DNA from: an uncultured Chloroflexia bacterium
GTDB taxonomy: Bacteria > Chloroflexota > Limnocylindria > Limnocylindrales > CSP1-4
Assembly: GCA_963766735.1 (NCBI GenBank)
Contig: CAVYBU010000003.1
Location: 32,001-96,000 of the forward strand
DNA: 64,000 nucleotides
Direction: 5' to 3'
Part shown: positions 1 to 12,868 of the stretch, one piece after another
How positions within the stretch are numbered: the stretch's first letter is position 1
Layout: each line of letters starts with the position of its first letter
Translations under genes and position numbers: made by a program
The notes under the pieces: generated by a model
The model's input: the letters and a program-made list of their open reading frames with translations, nothing else
Told to the model about the DNA's origin: nothing
Database searches by the model: none

Positions 1-1
1 C

Positions 2-256
2 ATCCTGCCCAGGAAGAACGAGAAGGACCTCCGGGACATCCCCGAGGAGATCCGCAGGCAGCTCAAGCTGGTCCTCGTCGACACGATGGACCAGGTCCTC
101 GACGCCGCCCTGCGAAGGAGCCCGCAGCCGCTCGAGCCGGAGACCACCACGGTCGACGGCGGCGGCGGCGGATCTGAGACAGGCGGTGGATCCCGCGTCC
201 GCGCCCCGTTCCCGCCCGCCGACCACCCCGGGGTCGTCGTGCAGGGAACCCGCTAG
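2..256 (+). CDS. lon: ATP-dependent Lon protease, 3' end (partial)
   Basis: Frame 2 reads [37 protein letters not shown], the typical Lon C-terminus; TAG at 254-256; lies next to dnaJ and clpB. Confidence 0.85.
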   Translation: MLPRKNEKDLRDIPEEIRRQLKLVLVDTMDQVLDAALRRSPQPLEPETTTVDGGGGGSETGGGSRVRAPFPPADHPGVVVQGTR

Positions 257-281
257 CAACCGGCGACGGCGGTCCGGTCCG

Positions 282-1418
282 ATGGAATACCGCGACTACT
301 ACGAGATCCTGGGCGTCCCTCGCTCGGCCACGCAGGCCGAGGTGAAGAAGGCGTTCCGGAAGCTCGCCCGCGAGCACCACCCGGACCGGAACCCCGGTGA
401 CGCCAAGGCAGAGCGCCGGTTCAAGGACGTCAACGAGGCCAACACGGTCCTCTCGGATCCCGACAAGCGCAAGCAGTACGACACCCTCGGCGCCCGATGG
501 GACCAGTTCCAGGGCGCCGGCGGGGGCCGTGGCGGCCCGGACCCGTTCGGGCCTGGCGGGCCGTTCGCCGCATGGGGGACGGGTGGTGGGACCGGTGGGG
601 CGGGCAGCGCGCGCTATGAGTTCCGGACCACCGGCGCCGGAGACCCCGGCTTCTCCGATTTCTTCCGCATGTTCTTCACTGGAGCGGCGGCCGGCGCGGG
701 AGCGGCGGGAAGCGGCACGAGCGGGACCCGGACCCGGGCGCGGGGGGCAACCGCCGGGCGCGGATCCGGGGCGGGAGCATCGTTCCAGGACATCCTGTCC
801 GGGATGGGCCTCGGGGGGAACGGCGGAGCGGGTACGACGTCCTCCGGTCCCTCGCCGACGGCGCGCACGCCGAGTGGCCGCGGCCCGCACCAGGGTGCAT
901 CAGGAACGAAGGCGGGCGTGCTCGAGGCCGCCACCGATCTCTCGCTGGAGGAGGCGTTCCATGGAACGAGCCGCCTGGTCGAGGTGGAGGGCAAGCGCTA
1001 CGAGGTCAAGGTCCCGCGCGGCGTGGACAGCGGGAGTCGGATTCGTCTCTCGGGCAAGGGTCCCGGCGGGCGGGATGTGGTCGTTGCCATCCGCGTCGTC
1101 CCGCACGGCGTGTACGTTCGCCGCGGAGCCGACCTGGAGCGAGAGCTCCCCGTCACCCTGGGAGAAGCCTTGCTGGGCGCCGAGATCCCGCTCGCCACGC
1201 TCAAGGGACGGATCCTCATGACGATCCCGCCCGGGACCCAGCCCGGGCGAATGATGCGCCTCAGGGGCCAGGGCATGCCCAAGGTGAAGGACGAGGGCGC
1301 CGGGGACCTGTACGTGAAGGTCCGCGTGGTGCTCCCGACCCCGCTCGAGGGAGATGCCGCGGATGCCGCTCGCACCTTCCTGGACCTCGCGAACCAGCCC
1401 GATCCCCGCACCACCTAG
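282..1418 (+). CDS. DnaJ-class co-chaperone (class B/CbpA-like, no Zn finger)
   Basis: [12 protein letters not shown]...[10 protein letters not shown]-domain with HPD, long G/F-rich linker, DnaJ C-terminal domain (GDLYV); ATG at 282. Confidence 0.92.
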   Translation: MEYRDYYEILGVPRSATQAEVKKAFRKLAREHHPDRNPGDAKAERRFKDVNEANTVLSDPDKRKQYDTLGARWDQFQGAGGGRGGPDPFGPGGPFAAWGTGGGTGGAGSARYEFRTTGAGDPGFSDFFRMFFTGAAAGAGAAGSGTSGTRTRARGATAGRGSGAGASFQDILSGMGLGGNGGAGTTSSGPSPTARTPSGRGPHQGASGTKAGVLEAATDLSLEEAFHGTSRLVEVEGKRYEVKVPRGVDSGSRIRLSGKGPGGRDVVVAIRVVPHGVYVRRGADLERELPVTLGEALLGAEIPLATLKGRILMTIPPGTQPGRMMRLRGQGMPKVKDEGAGDLYVKVRVVLPTPLEGDAADAARTFLDLANQPDPRTT

Positions 1419-1439
1419 CCACGACCACGGATACCGGAT

Positions 1440-4181
<2,742 letters not shown>

Positions 4182-4189
4182 CCCGCCCG

Positions 4190-4834
4190 ATGCGTTTCGA
4201 CGAGGTCCTCCGCCGGCTGGAGCCCCTGCCCGCGGTCCTGCCGGACGGCCCTGATGCCCTGATCCCCGTGTTCGCGGACACCGGCAGAGCCGGTCCTCGT
4301 CCGGCGTGGGAGGCTGCGGCGGGGTCCGCGCGTCCGGCGGCGGTGCTCGTCCTGCTCTTCCCGGATGACGAAGGAGAGGCGCGCCTGGTGCTCACCGAAC
4401 GCGCTGATCGCGGCGGCCACCATTCCGGCGAGGTCTCCTTCCCGGGCGGACGCACGGAGCCCGAGGACGCGGACATCGTGGCCACCGCCCTGCGAGAGGC
4501 GGCCGAGGAGATCGACCTGGACCCGGTCGCGGCGGGCGTGCGCGTGCTCGGGGCGCTCCCGGTCCAGTGGATCCCGGTCAGCAACTACTGCGTGACGCCG
4601 GTTGTGGCAGTGGCTGAGCGGCGGCCGGTGATGACCCCCCACGACGCCGAGGTCGCCGCGATCCTCGAGGCACCGGTCCGCGCGTTCCTGCCGGACGGGG
4701 AGCTCGTGAGCGTGGATCGAGAGATCCGCGGCTGGCGGATCCGCTACGCCGCCTACCCGGTCGATGGGCTGGCCGTGTGGGGGATGACCGCACGGGTGCT
4801 GGGCGGCCTTGGGGCATGGTTGGCGCGCGCCTGA
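4190..4834 (+). CDS. Nudix hydrolase, CoA pyrophosphatase type
   Basis: LTER..HSGEVSFPGG..TALREAAEEI Nudix box and VWGMTA motif. Confidence 0.88.
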   Translation: MRFDEVLRRLEPLPAVLPDGPDALIPVFADTGRAGPRPAWEAAAGSARPAAVLVLLFPDDEGEARLVLTERADRGGHHSGEVSFPGGRTEPEDADIVATALREAAEEIDLDPVAAGVRVLGALPVQWIPVSNYCVTPVVAVAERRPVMTPHDAEVAAILEAPVRAFLPDGELVSVDREIRGWRIRYAAYPVDGLAVWGMTARVLGGLGAWLARA

Positions 4835-4874
4835 ACCGGCCGGCCGGCCGCGGCCTCCTGAGCAGACCTCCGCC

Positions 4875-5363
4875 TCAGAGCGGCTCGCCCTCGGTGGCGT
4901 CCGGATCCCCGGCGCGTCGATCCGCGTCCACGGGACGCGGTGACAGCCGCCCCTCGCCACGGGCGACAGGATGGGCACCCGGAGCGATGGACCGCGCCAC
5001 CCCCTCCACCACGCCCGATCCGAGGGCCTTGGGGGGCTCCGCGAACTCCACGACGATCGCCCGCATCGGTGCTCCATCCGTCCATGCCGCGTGCAGCACG
5101 TCAGGCGGCCAGACAGCGGCCTCGCCAGCCTGGACGCGGCATCGCTCGTCGCCTACGCCCACCCAACCGCCGCCCTCGATCACCACGAAGTACGTCCAGT
5201 TGGGGTTCGTGTGGGGCGAGACCCGGGCGTGCCGGTCGAAGGCGAGCTCGCTGATGACGCCGGTCGCCTCGCTGCGGATGACCTGGCCCTCGATGCCGGT
5301 CGTCCCCGGCGGCCCGTCAGGCCGCCGATGCCCCACCCCGAACCGCCTGACCTCGATCGGCAC
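4875..5363 (-). CDS. Cupin-domain protein
   Basis: PHTNP..FVVIEGGG..GEAAVWPPDVLHAA cupin motifs; GGAG before GTG. Confidence 0.75.
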   Translation of the reverse strand: MPIEVRRFGVGHRRPDGPPGTTGIEGQVIRSEATGVISELAFDRHARVSPHTNPNWTYFVVIEGGGWVGVGDERCRVQAGEAAVWPPDVLHAAWTDGAPMRAIVVEFAEPPKALGSGVVEGVARSIAPGAHPVARGEGRLSPRPVDADRRAGDPDATEGEPL

Positions 5364-5374
5364 GGGTTGCTCCG

Positions 5375-5800
5375 TCAGCGGCGCCGGCGGCGACGCGAGG
5401 ACTTGGTGCGAATCGTGCTCTCCGGATGCGCGAAGCGGTCGCGCGAGAAGTAGCGCTGCTTCGCGAGCTGGCGCTCATATGCGCGGAAGTACGGCGGGAA
5501 CCGGATGAAACGGATCCAGACGAAGGCGCCGAGACCCGCCACGAGGGTCGCCAGCACGAGGATCATGTCGAACCGGAAGATCCAGTAGACGATCATCAGG
5601 CTGTACAGCACGACGCCCGTCCAGAGCAGCCACTCGTACATCTGCAGGTAGACGGCGTGACGATGGAGCTGGCGCGTCCGGACGTTGTAGAAGATCACGG
5701 TCGCGATCAGCAGCACCACGGATGCCACGAAGATCTGGTTGTACAGCGACGGGAAGTCGCTGAACGGCTCGAACAGGTATTCCCAGGGCCAGAGCGTCAC
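5375..5800 (-). CDS. Hypothetical membrane protein (about 3 TM, Arg-rich C-tail)
   Basis: Hydrophobic helices; GGAGAAG SD before GTG 5800; coding-like codon usage. Confidence 0.7.
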   Translation of the reverse strand: MTLWPWEYLFEPFSDFPSLYNQIFVASVVLLIATVIFYNVRTRQLHRHAVYLQMYEWLLWTGVVLYSLMIVYWIFRFDMILVLATLVAGLGAFVWIRFIRFPPYFRAYERQLAKQRYFSRDRFAHPESTIRTKSSRRRRRR

Positions 5801-5980
5801 GCCAGTTCTTCTCCACACGGCCGGTGATGCCCGGCATCGCTGATGGGCGATCCGAGTATGCCACGGGGCCGCGGTATACTCGCCCGCAGGATCGCGCCTG
5901 CCCGGAGCGGTCGGGGATGCGTCCCCGGCCGGTGGATCCGCGGGGCGCCGGAGCTACCCACCGGAGGAGGACCCGCCCAG

Positions 5981-7528
5981 GTGCGTGCGCTGCTCTCGGT
6001 CGCCAGGCGCGAAGGGATCTCGGCCTTCGCGCGAGAGCTGCAGACCCTCGGCGTGGAGCTGTATGCCACCGACGGCACGCGCGAGCATCTCGCCGAGGAC
6101 GGCATCGAGGCGGCGTCGGTCAGCGACCTCACCGCGGTCGCCCCGCTCGTCGGCGGCCAGGTCCGAACCTTCCACCCCGCGATCTACGCCGGCATCCTGG
6201 CCCGTCGCGACGTCCCCGAGCAGCTCGAGGAGCTGGTCGAGCACGGCATCGGCCTCATCGACATCGTCGTCGTCAACGTCAAGCCGTTCGGGCCCGAGGT
6301 CGGCCGCCGCTACATCGGCATCGACGAGGCGATCGAGCTGATCGACGTCGCCGGTGCGGCACTCCTGGGCGCCGCCGCGCGCAACGCCGCCGGGGTCATC
6401 GCCATCTGCCGCCCGGAACACTACGCGACCGTGCTCGAGGAGCTGCGGACGCTCACTCAGGTTTCGGCTGATACGCGCTACCGACTGGCCGCGGACGCGT
6501 TCAGCACGGTCGCCGCGTACTACGCGGAGATCGCGGCCTACCTGAACCAGATCTCGAACAACGTGTACCCGCAACGCCTGGCGCTCGTGCTGGAGAAGGT
6601 TTCCGATCTGCCCTACGGCGAGAACCCGCACCAGCGTGCGGCGTTCTATCGCGAGACCACGCACAGGTCCAGCTCACTGGCCGACGCCTCGCTCCTGGCC
6701 GGGAACCAGCCCACGTTCAACAACCTGCTGGACCTGGATGCCGCATACGCGATCGCAGCCGACTACACGGCTCCGACCGTCGTGATCACCAAGCACACGG
6801 ATCCAGTCGGCATCGCCTCGTCCGAGGAGCTCGTGGAGGCATACCGGCGGGCGCTCGACACGGACCCCGTGGCGTCGTTCGGCGGCATCGTGGGCGTGAA
6901 CCGGGAGCTGGACGAGGCCACGGCGCGCGAGATCGCGTCCAACTCCTACGAGGCGGTGATCGCGCCCGGGTTCTCCGAGGCAGCGCTCGGAATCCTGCGC
7001 GCCAAGTCCGGGCTGGAGCTCCTCGCCGTTCCACCGACCCCCGGCGAGGGCATGCGCGACTACGGCATCGCCAGCCTGGACTTCAAGCGGGTCGGCGGCG
7101 GCCTGCTGGTCGAGGCGCTGGACACGCTGGACATCGACCGCGCCCAGCTGCAGGTCGTCACCCGCCGGCATCCGACGCTCGGCGAGCTGACGGACCTCCT
7201 GTTCGCCTGGCGCGCCGTGCGGCACGTCCGCTCCAACGCCATCGTCCTCGCGCGCAACGGCGCCAGCGTGGGGATCGGGGCGGCACAGGCCAGCCGGAGC
7301 GTCTCCGTGGACATCGCCCTCCGCCGGGCCGGCGGGCGCAGCAAGCTCGCCGTCATGGCCTCGGACGCCTACTTCCCGTTCCCGGACGGGATCCAGATCG
7401 CCGCCAACGCCGGCGTGACCGCGATCATCCAGCCCGGTGGCTCGATCCGGGACGAGATGGCGATCGAGGTCGCGGACCGGCATCATCTCGCGATGGTCTT
7501 CACCGGGAGACGCCACTTCCGTCACTGA
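5981..7528 (+). CDS. purH: PurH-family AICAR transformylase/IMP cyclohydrolase (cyclohydrolase motifs divergent)
   Basis: RALLSV, YGENPHQ, FNNLLDLDAA, SNAIV, ASDAYFPF, IIQPGGSIRD, FTGRRHFRH; GGAGG SD before GTG 5981. Confidence 0.9.
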   Translation: MRALLSVARREGISAFARELQTLGVELYATDGTREHLAEDGIEAASVSDLTAVAPLVGGQVRTFHPAIYAGILARRDVPEQLEELVEHGIGLIDIVVVNVKPFGPEVGRRYIGIDEAIELIDVAGAALLGAAARNAAGVIAICRPEHYATVLEELRTLTQVSADTRYRLAADAFSTVAAYYAEIAAYLNQISNNVYPQRLALVLEKVSDLPYGENPHQRAAFYRETTHRSSSLADASLLAGNQPTFNNLLDLDAAYAIAADYTAPTVVITKHTDPVGIASSEELVEAYRRALDTDPVASFGGIVGVNRELDEATAREIASNSYEAVIAPGFSEAALGILRAKSGLELLAVPPTPGEGMRDYGIASLDFKRVGGGLLVEALDTLDIDRAQLQVVTRRHPTLGELTDLLFAWRAVRHVRSNAIVLARNGASVGIGAAQASRSVSVDIALRRAGGRSKLAVMASDAYFPFPDGIQIAANAGVTAIIQPGGSIRDEMAIEVADRHHLAMVFTGRRHFRH

Positions 7529-7588
7529 ACCCATGTGGCCTCCCGCATGGGACGCGCCGCCGCCACCCTGACTGTCCTGGAGGAAGCG

Positions 7589-8566
7589 ATGGAACAGCTG
7601 CTCGCGCTGGAGATGGTCCGGGTCACCGAGGCTGCCGCGATCGCCTCGGCGCGGTTCATGGGTCGCGGCATGCGCGACGAAGCGGACCTGGCGGCCACCG
7701 AGGCCATGCGGCGCACCATGGACGAGGCCGACATCGCGGGCACCATCGTCATCGGCGAGGGCGAGCGCGACGAGGCCCCGATGCTGTACATCGGCGAGCG
7801 GGTTGGCCGCCGCGAAGGGGCCTCCGAGGCGGTGGACATAGCCGTTGACCCGCTGGAGGGCACGAACCTGGTCGCCACCGGCCAGGACGGTGCGCTCACG
7901 GTGCTGGCCGCGTCCGAGCGGGGAGGCCTGACCCACGCCCCGGACACCTATCTCGAGAAGCTTGCCGTGGGACCGGTGGCGGCGGGATGCGTGGACATCA
8001 GGTTGTCGCCCAGCGAGAACTGCCATCGAATCGCCGAGGCGCTGCGCCGCGAGGTCTCCGACATCACGGTCATCATCCTGGACCGTGAGCGGCATGCCGA
8101 CCTGATCGCCGAGGTGCGGGGAACCGGAGCCCGGATCAAGCTGATCACCGACGGCGATGTCTCGGCCGCGATCAGCTGCGCCGTCCAGGGCACGGGTGTC
8201 CATGCCGTGATGGGCACCGGCGGAGCACCCGAGGGCGTCATCACGGCCGCGGCGCTCCGGTGCCTGGGCGGGGAACTCCAGGCCCGGTTCCGCTTCCGCA
8301 GCAGCGAGGAGCGCGAACGCGCGCTGGGCATGCTGGGCCACGTGGACGAGGAGAAGGTCTTCATGACCGAGGACCTCGCATCGGGCGACAACCTGGTGTT
8401 CGCGGCGACGGGCGTCACGCCCGGCGACCTGCTCCAGGGGGTGCGCTTCTTCGGCGGTGGAGCGCGGACGCACAGCCTCGTGATGGCCTACCAGGCGAAG
8501 CAGGTCCGGTTCGTGGACACCGTCCACATGTTCGACCGGGACCGGCCGCCCGCCGTCCGGCTGTAG
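7589..8566 (+). CDS. glpX: Fructose-1,6-bisphosphatase class II
   Basis: RVTEAAA, VIGEGERDEAPMLYIGE, AVDPLEGT, DGDV, GGAPEGV motifs; GGAGG SD. Confidence 0.95.
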   Translation: MEQLLALEMVRVTEAAAIASARFMGRGMRDEADLAATEAMRRTMDEADIAGTIVIGEGERDEAPMLYIGERVGRREGASEAVDIAVDPLEGTNLVATGQDGALTVLAASERGGLTHAPDTYLEKLAVGPVAAGCVDIRLSPSENCHRIAEALRREVSDITVIILDRERHADLIAEVRGTGARIKLITDGDVSAAISCAVQGTGVHAVMGTGGAPEGVITAAALRCLGGELQARFRFRSSEERERALGMLGHVDEEKVFMTEDLASGDNLVFAATGVTPGDLLQGVRFFGGGARTHSLVMAYQAKQVRFVDTVHMFDRDRPPAVRL

Positions 8567-8568
8567 CG

Positions 8569-9270
8569 ATGGTCCCGCGCATCGTGGCGATGGGCGGCGG
8601 GGGTTTCAGCCAGGAGCCGGACAACCCGCTGCTGGACGATTACGTGCTCTCGCTCACGGGTCGGAGCCGGCCCCGGGTCTGCTTCCTGCCCACCGCGGCC
8701 GGCGACGATCTCGACTACGTCGCGGGCTTCTACGACGCCTTCGCGCGGCGAGCCGAGGCGACATGGATGCCACTGTTCGCGCGCCGGCACGCCGACCTTC
8801 GCGGATTGCTCCTGGACCAGGATGTCATCTATGTGGGCGGCGGCAACACCGCGAACATGCTGGCGATCTGGAAGGCTCACGGCGTGGACGGCGTTCTCCG
8901 CGACGCGTGGCAGGCAGGCATCGTCCTGGCCGGGCTGTCGGCCGGCGCCATCTGCTGGTTCAGCCACGGAGTCACGGACTCGTTTGGGACGGACCTCGCC
9001 CCGCTCGACGGCACGCTGGGGTTCCTCGACGGCAGCTTCTGCCCGCACTACGACGGCGAGGCGCTGAGGCGGCCCCGCTACCAGACGCTGCTGGCAACCG
9101 GGCTCCCCGGCGGCTGGGGCTGCGACGACGGCGCCGCACTGGTGTTCGAGGGCGAGGTGCTCCGGGAGGTCGTCGCATCGCGCTCGGGAGCCGCAGCCTA
9201 CCGGGTTGACCTCGTCGGCGGGCAGGTCCGCGAGGTCATCGTGCCGGCCCGGTTCCTCGGGGATTCCTGA
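8569..9270 (+). CDS. Peptidase E (S51 family)
   Basis: FLPTA, IYVGGGNT, GLSAGA nucleophile elbow, CPHYD. Confidence 0.88.
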   Translation: MVPRIVAMGGGGFSQEPDNPLLDDYVLSLTGRSRPRVCFLPTAAGDDLDYVAGFYDAFARRAEATWMPLFARRHADLRGLLLDQDVIYVGGGNTANMLAIWKAHGVDGVLRDAWQAGIVLAGLSAGAICWFSHGVTDSFGTDLAPLDGTLGFLDGSFCPHYDGEALRRPRYQTLLATGLPGGWGCDDGAALVFEGEVLREVVASRSGAAAYRVDLVGGQVREVIVPARFLGDS

Positions 9271-9871
9271 CGGGGTCGAGCAACGGGCTCCAGCCCTCGC
9301 CGTCCCAGGTCGCGATCGGGCGGGCCGCGTCCTCCGCCTCAACGGACCGCTGCCGGGCGACCGCCGACGCCACCGTCTCACCCCAGCCCGGCGGCGCCAG
9401 CCCGGGCGCCAGGTCCGCGAGCGGAGCCAGGACGAACAGTCGCCGTTGCGCCTCCCGGTGCGGAACCCTGAGCGGTAGCGCGGCCTTGGCCGGATCCCGG
9501 CTCCGGCCGGCCCCGGGTCGCTCCACGTCCACCTGGTGCCGCCCGAACACCAGCAGGTCCAGGTCCACCTCGCGCGGCCCCCACCGCTCGCGCGCCTGCC
9601 TGCCGAACGCCCGCTCCAGCTCCTTGAGCGCAATCAGCAGGGCCGATGCTCCGGTCGCGGCGTCGGGACCGCCGGGCACCTCCAGCGCCACGCAGGCGTT
9701 CCGGAACTCGGGCTGGTCCACGACGCCCACCGGGTCCGTCGCATAGAGGCGGGACACGCCGCGCAGGCTGACCCCCGGCAGCGCCGCCAGGGCATGGACC
9801 GCCGCCGAGAGCGTTCCGGCCGCGTCACCCACGTTGGCCCCCAGCCCGATGTACGCCCGCACACGACCCAC
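9236..9871 (-). CDS. folK: 2-amino-4-hydroxy-6-hydroxymethyldihydropteridine diphosphokinase
   Basis: AYIGLGANVG, YATDPVG..DQPEFRNA, RWGPREVDLDLL, VPH..RRLFVLAPL; GGGAGG SD before GTG 9871. Confidence 0.92.
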   Translation of the reverse strand: MGRVRAYIGLGANVGDAAGTLSAAVHALAALPGVSLRGVSRLYATDPVGVVDQPEFRNACVALEVPGGPDAATGASALLIALKELERAFGRQARERWGPREVDLDLLVFGRHQVDVERPGAGRSRDPAKAALPLRVPHREAQRRLFVLAPLADLAPGLAPPGWGETVASAVARQRSVEAEDAARPIATWDGEGWSPLLDPVRNPRGTGPAR

Positions 9872-9904
9872 GGCCCATCGCCTCCCGATCGCTAGACTCC
9901 GGGG

Positions 9905-10990
9905 ATGCCCCCGGTCACGGTCCTCATCCTCGCCCCGGCACTCGCGCCCGACGCCGGTCCTCTCGAACACGCCCTCGACACGGCGCGCGGCGCGCTCGCG
10001 GACCACCACCAGCGAGGCTTCCTGGAGGCCGGAGCGGCGAGAGCCGTGATCCGCCGGGAGCCGCCCGACGATACCCCATTCGGGGCGCGCCTCCGCCGTC
10101 TCGCCGAGGAGCTCCGACCCGCGGGCCTGATCGTCCTCGGCGCCGGCTCCCTCCCCCTCGCGAGCCACGCGGACCGCCGTGCGTTCGTCGAGGCCGCCGC
10201 GGGGATGCGGCCGTCGGCCCTCGCCAATCACCGGTACTCGGCGGATGCGATCGCCCTCGCGCGGGCGGACCTGGTGCTCCCGGACCTCCCGGAGGAGCTC
10301 GCCTCCGACAACGCGTTCCCCCGCTGGCTGGCGGAGGTGGCCTCGGTCCCGGTCGCGGACCTGCGGGCTCGGCGCTGGCTGGCCATGGACGTTGACTCGC
10401 CGCTGGACCTCCTCCTCCTGGATGGAGCCTGGGGCGCCCCGACCGGCCTGCCGCTCCCCGGGGACGCCGATACGGAGCTGGTCCGCGTCCGCCTGGCGGC
10501 GCTCCGGGAGCTGGCGGCGGACCCCGGCGCCGAGCTCCTGGTCTCGGGCCGGATGGCGTCGGCCGACCTTCGCTGGCTGGAACGCGAGACCCGGTCCCGG
10601 ACCCGCGCGCTCATCGAGGAGCGGGGCCTCCGCACCGCCGCAGCCGGGGCCCTGGTCGGCCGCCCGAACCGCAGGCCGGCGCGCAGCATCCTGGGCACGG
10701 TCCTGGAGCGGGACGGTGCCGGCAGTCTCGGCCGGCACGTCGCGGGGCTCGCGGACGGTGCGCTCCTGGACAGCCGCGTCCTGATGGCCCACCACATGGG
10801 CGCCGACGAGAGCGGCTGGCCGTCCGCGGAAGACCGATTCGCGAGCGATCTCCTCCTCGCGGACCGCGTCCGTGACCCATGGCTGGCGGAGCTCACGGCG
10901 TCGGCGGCCGGGGCGAGCGTGCCGATCGTGCTGGGCGGGCACGGCCTGGTGGGACCAGGAGCCCGACTGGCGCTGGGCGACCGGCAGTGA
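9905..10990 (+). CDS. Hypothetical protein, possibly GT-A/CofC-like N-terminal domain
   Basis: 361-aa ORF; LAMDVDSPLDL resembles the DVDTPxDL motif; TAGACT -10 lies 6 nt before the ATG. Confidence 0.6.
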   Translation: MPPVTVLILAPALAPDAGPLEHALDTARGALADHHQRGFLEAGAARAVIRREPPDDTPFGARLRRLAEELRPAGLIVLGAGSLPLASHADRRAFVEAAAGMRPSALANHRYSADAIALARADLVLPDLPEELASDNAFPRWLAEVASVPVADLRARRWLAMDVDSPLDLLLLDGAWGAPTGLPLPGDADTELVRVRLAALRELAADPGAELLVSGRMASADLRWLERETRSRTRALIEERGLRTAAAGALVGRPNRRPARSILGTVLERDGAGSLGRHVAGLADGALLDSRVLMAHHMGADESGWPSAEDRFASDLLLADRVRDPWLAELTASAAGASVPIVLGGHGLVGPGARLALGDRQ

Positions 10991-12225
10991 CGGATCCCCC
11001 GGACCGCCCGTCGCCGGCGCTTGCCCAGCCCGGATATCGGCGCGAGGCACTGCCGGACCCGGAGGCCGTGGGCGAGGACGAGGTGCTGGTGGCGGCGATA
11101 CGGGCCGAGATCGAGACCGGCGGACCGATCACGTTCGCGCGGTTCATGGAGCGGGCGCTGTACGAGCCGGGACGCGGCTACTACCGTCGGCCCGAGCCGG
11201 GGCCGGGGCGCACGGGCGACTTCCTGACGGCCCCCGAGACACATCCGATCTTCGGCGCGGCGGTCGGCCTGCTGCTCGAGCAGGCCTGGGACGCGATGGG
11301 GCGGCCCCGCCCGTTCGTGGTCACGGAACCGGGCGCAGGGAGCGGCGCGCTGGCGGCCGGGCTGCTGGGCGGTCTGCGTGACCTTCGCTCGCCAATGCTG
11401 GACGCCATCCGGTACCGCCCGGTCGAGGTCGAGGCGGCGCGGGTTGCGGTGTTCCAGGAACGCCTCACCTCCGAGGGCTTCGCCGGGCAGCTGGAGACGG
11501 GCAGTCCCCCAGCGACCCCGCTCGAGTCGGGTGCCGTAGTGGCCAACGAGGTGGTCGACGCGCTTCCGGTGCACCGTGTGGTCGGTCGAGCCGTCGGGAT
11601 CCGGGAGCTGCTGGTCGGCGTTGGAGGGGACGGCGGGTTCGAGACGGTCGAAGCCGAGCCAACGACGCGGGCGCTGGCCGAGCGCCTGGCGACCGAGGGC
11701 GTGACGCTCGCAGACGGGCAGGTTACCGAGGTCTGCCTCGCCACGGACGGGTGGCTGGCGGGCGCGGTCCGTCACCTGGCCAGGGGCATCGTCGTTCTGA
11801 TCGACTACGCCGCTGAACCCGCCACACTCCATGGACCCGACCACCGCACCGGCACCCTGCGGGCCTTCGCGCGGCACGCGGTGGGCGGCGACCCGTTCCG
11901 GCACGTCGGGCGCCAGGACCTGACGGCGACCGTGGACCTCGCCGCCGTCCGGACGGCGGCGGACCGGGCCGGGCTGGACGCCCTGGGCGAGACGACCCAG
12001 GCCGAGTTGCTCGCGGCGGTCGGCAGCGCGGAGCTGACCGGGGCCTGGCTCAGACGGCCGGGCGCGGACCTCCAGGACGTGCTGCTGCTCCGATCCGCGC
12101 TCATGCGGCTCATGGACACGCGTGGCATGGGTGGCTTCCGGGTGCTCGCCTTCGGCCGCGGCCTCCGTCCGGGGACAATGCTGCCCGGGCTGGCGCGGGC
12201 GCTTCGCCCTGGCTCAGGCCGCTGA
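10987..12225 (+). CDS. SAM-dependent methyltransferase, MidA/NDUFAF7 family
   Basis: GPITFARFMERALY..GYY, GDFLTAPE, EPGAGSG, ANEVVDALP, IDY, QDLTATVD; GTGA overlap with the upstream gene. Confidence 0.88.
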   Translation: MTDPPDRPSPALAQPGYRREALPDPEAVGEDEVLVAAIRAEIETGGPITFARFMERALYEPGRGYYRRPEPGPGRTGDFLTAPETHPIFGAAVGLLLEQAWDAMGRPRPFVVTEPGAGSGALAAGLLGGLRDLRSPMLDAIRYRPVEVEAARVAVFQERLTSEGFAGQLETGSPPATPLESGAVVANEVVDALPVHRVVGRAVGIRELLVGVGGDGGFETVEAEPTTRALAERLATEGVTLADGQVTEVCLATDGWLAGAVRHLARGIVVLIDYAAEPATLHGPDHRTGTLRAFARHAVGGDPFRHVGRQDLTATVDLAAVRTAADRAGLDALGETTQAELLAAVGSAELTGAWLRRPGADLQDVLLLRSALMRLMDTRGMGGFRVLAFGRGLRPGTMLPGLARALRPGSGR

Positions 12226-12396
12226 TGCCGTCCGTGCCGGATCGGCCGGGAACTCCCGGGACCAGCCGGGGACCGCACCGGATGCGTACATCGCACGGCC
12301 GAAGCACGCCGCCAACACCGCGCGAAGGGCCGGATGGACGGCGATCCACGCCATGCGGACCGGGCCGTCCGGACCGGGTCCCGGGGTCGGGGCCGC

Positions 12397-12405
12397 TGCT
12401 AGAAT
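12397..12405 (+). promoter_or_regulatory. Candidate extended -10 promoter (TGcTAGAAT) for the nuo operon
   Basis: TGnTAGAAT about 107 nt upstream of nuoA in GC-rich intergenic DNA. Confidence 0.5.
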
Positions 12406-12511
12406 GGCCTCGCTGCGCTGGAAGATTCGGCGGCGCGGCATGCCCACTGCCATCAAGCGCGAACGCGGGTCGGCCGTCCCCGTACCGGCCCCGCTCGACC
12501 TCGAGGACCAC

Positions 12512-12868
12512 GTGACCGGGATCTGGTACGTCGTCGGGTTTGCCCTCGTCGGAGTCCTGTTCGTGTTCGGCGTGATCGGGCTCGCATGGCTGATCACCCA
12601 TCGCACCCGCGGCGACGTCCACAAGGGCTACCCGTACGAGTCGGGCATCGACACCTACGGCGACACCCACGCCCGGTTCGGCATCTCGTTCTACATCTAC
12701 GCCCTGATGTTCGTCGCCTTCGACATCGAGGTGATCTTCATCTTCCTGTGGGCCCTGGTGTTCCAGGATCTCCTGCTGGGCGGGTTCATCACCATGTTGA
12801 TCTTCGTCGGCATCCTGATGCTCGGCCTCGCGTACGCGTGGCGCAAGGGGGTGTTGTCGTGGCGCTGA
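12512..12868 (+). CDS. nuoA: NADH-quinone oxidoreductase subunit A
   Basis: [32 protein letters not shown]; GAGG SD before GTG. Confidence 0.93.
   Translation: MTGIWYVVGFALVGVLFVFGVIGLAWLITHRTRGDVHKGYPYESGIDTYGDTHARFGISFYIYALMFVAFDIEVIFIFLWALVFQDLLLGGFITMLIFVGILMLGLAYAWRKGVLSWR

Noticed and set aside
5881-5980. Possible ZTP (pfl) riboswitch upstream of purH
   Set aside because: Conserved pfl elements were not recognisable by eye; a covariance-model search is needed to exclude it fully
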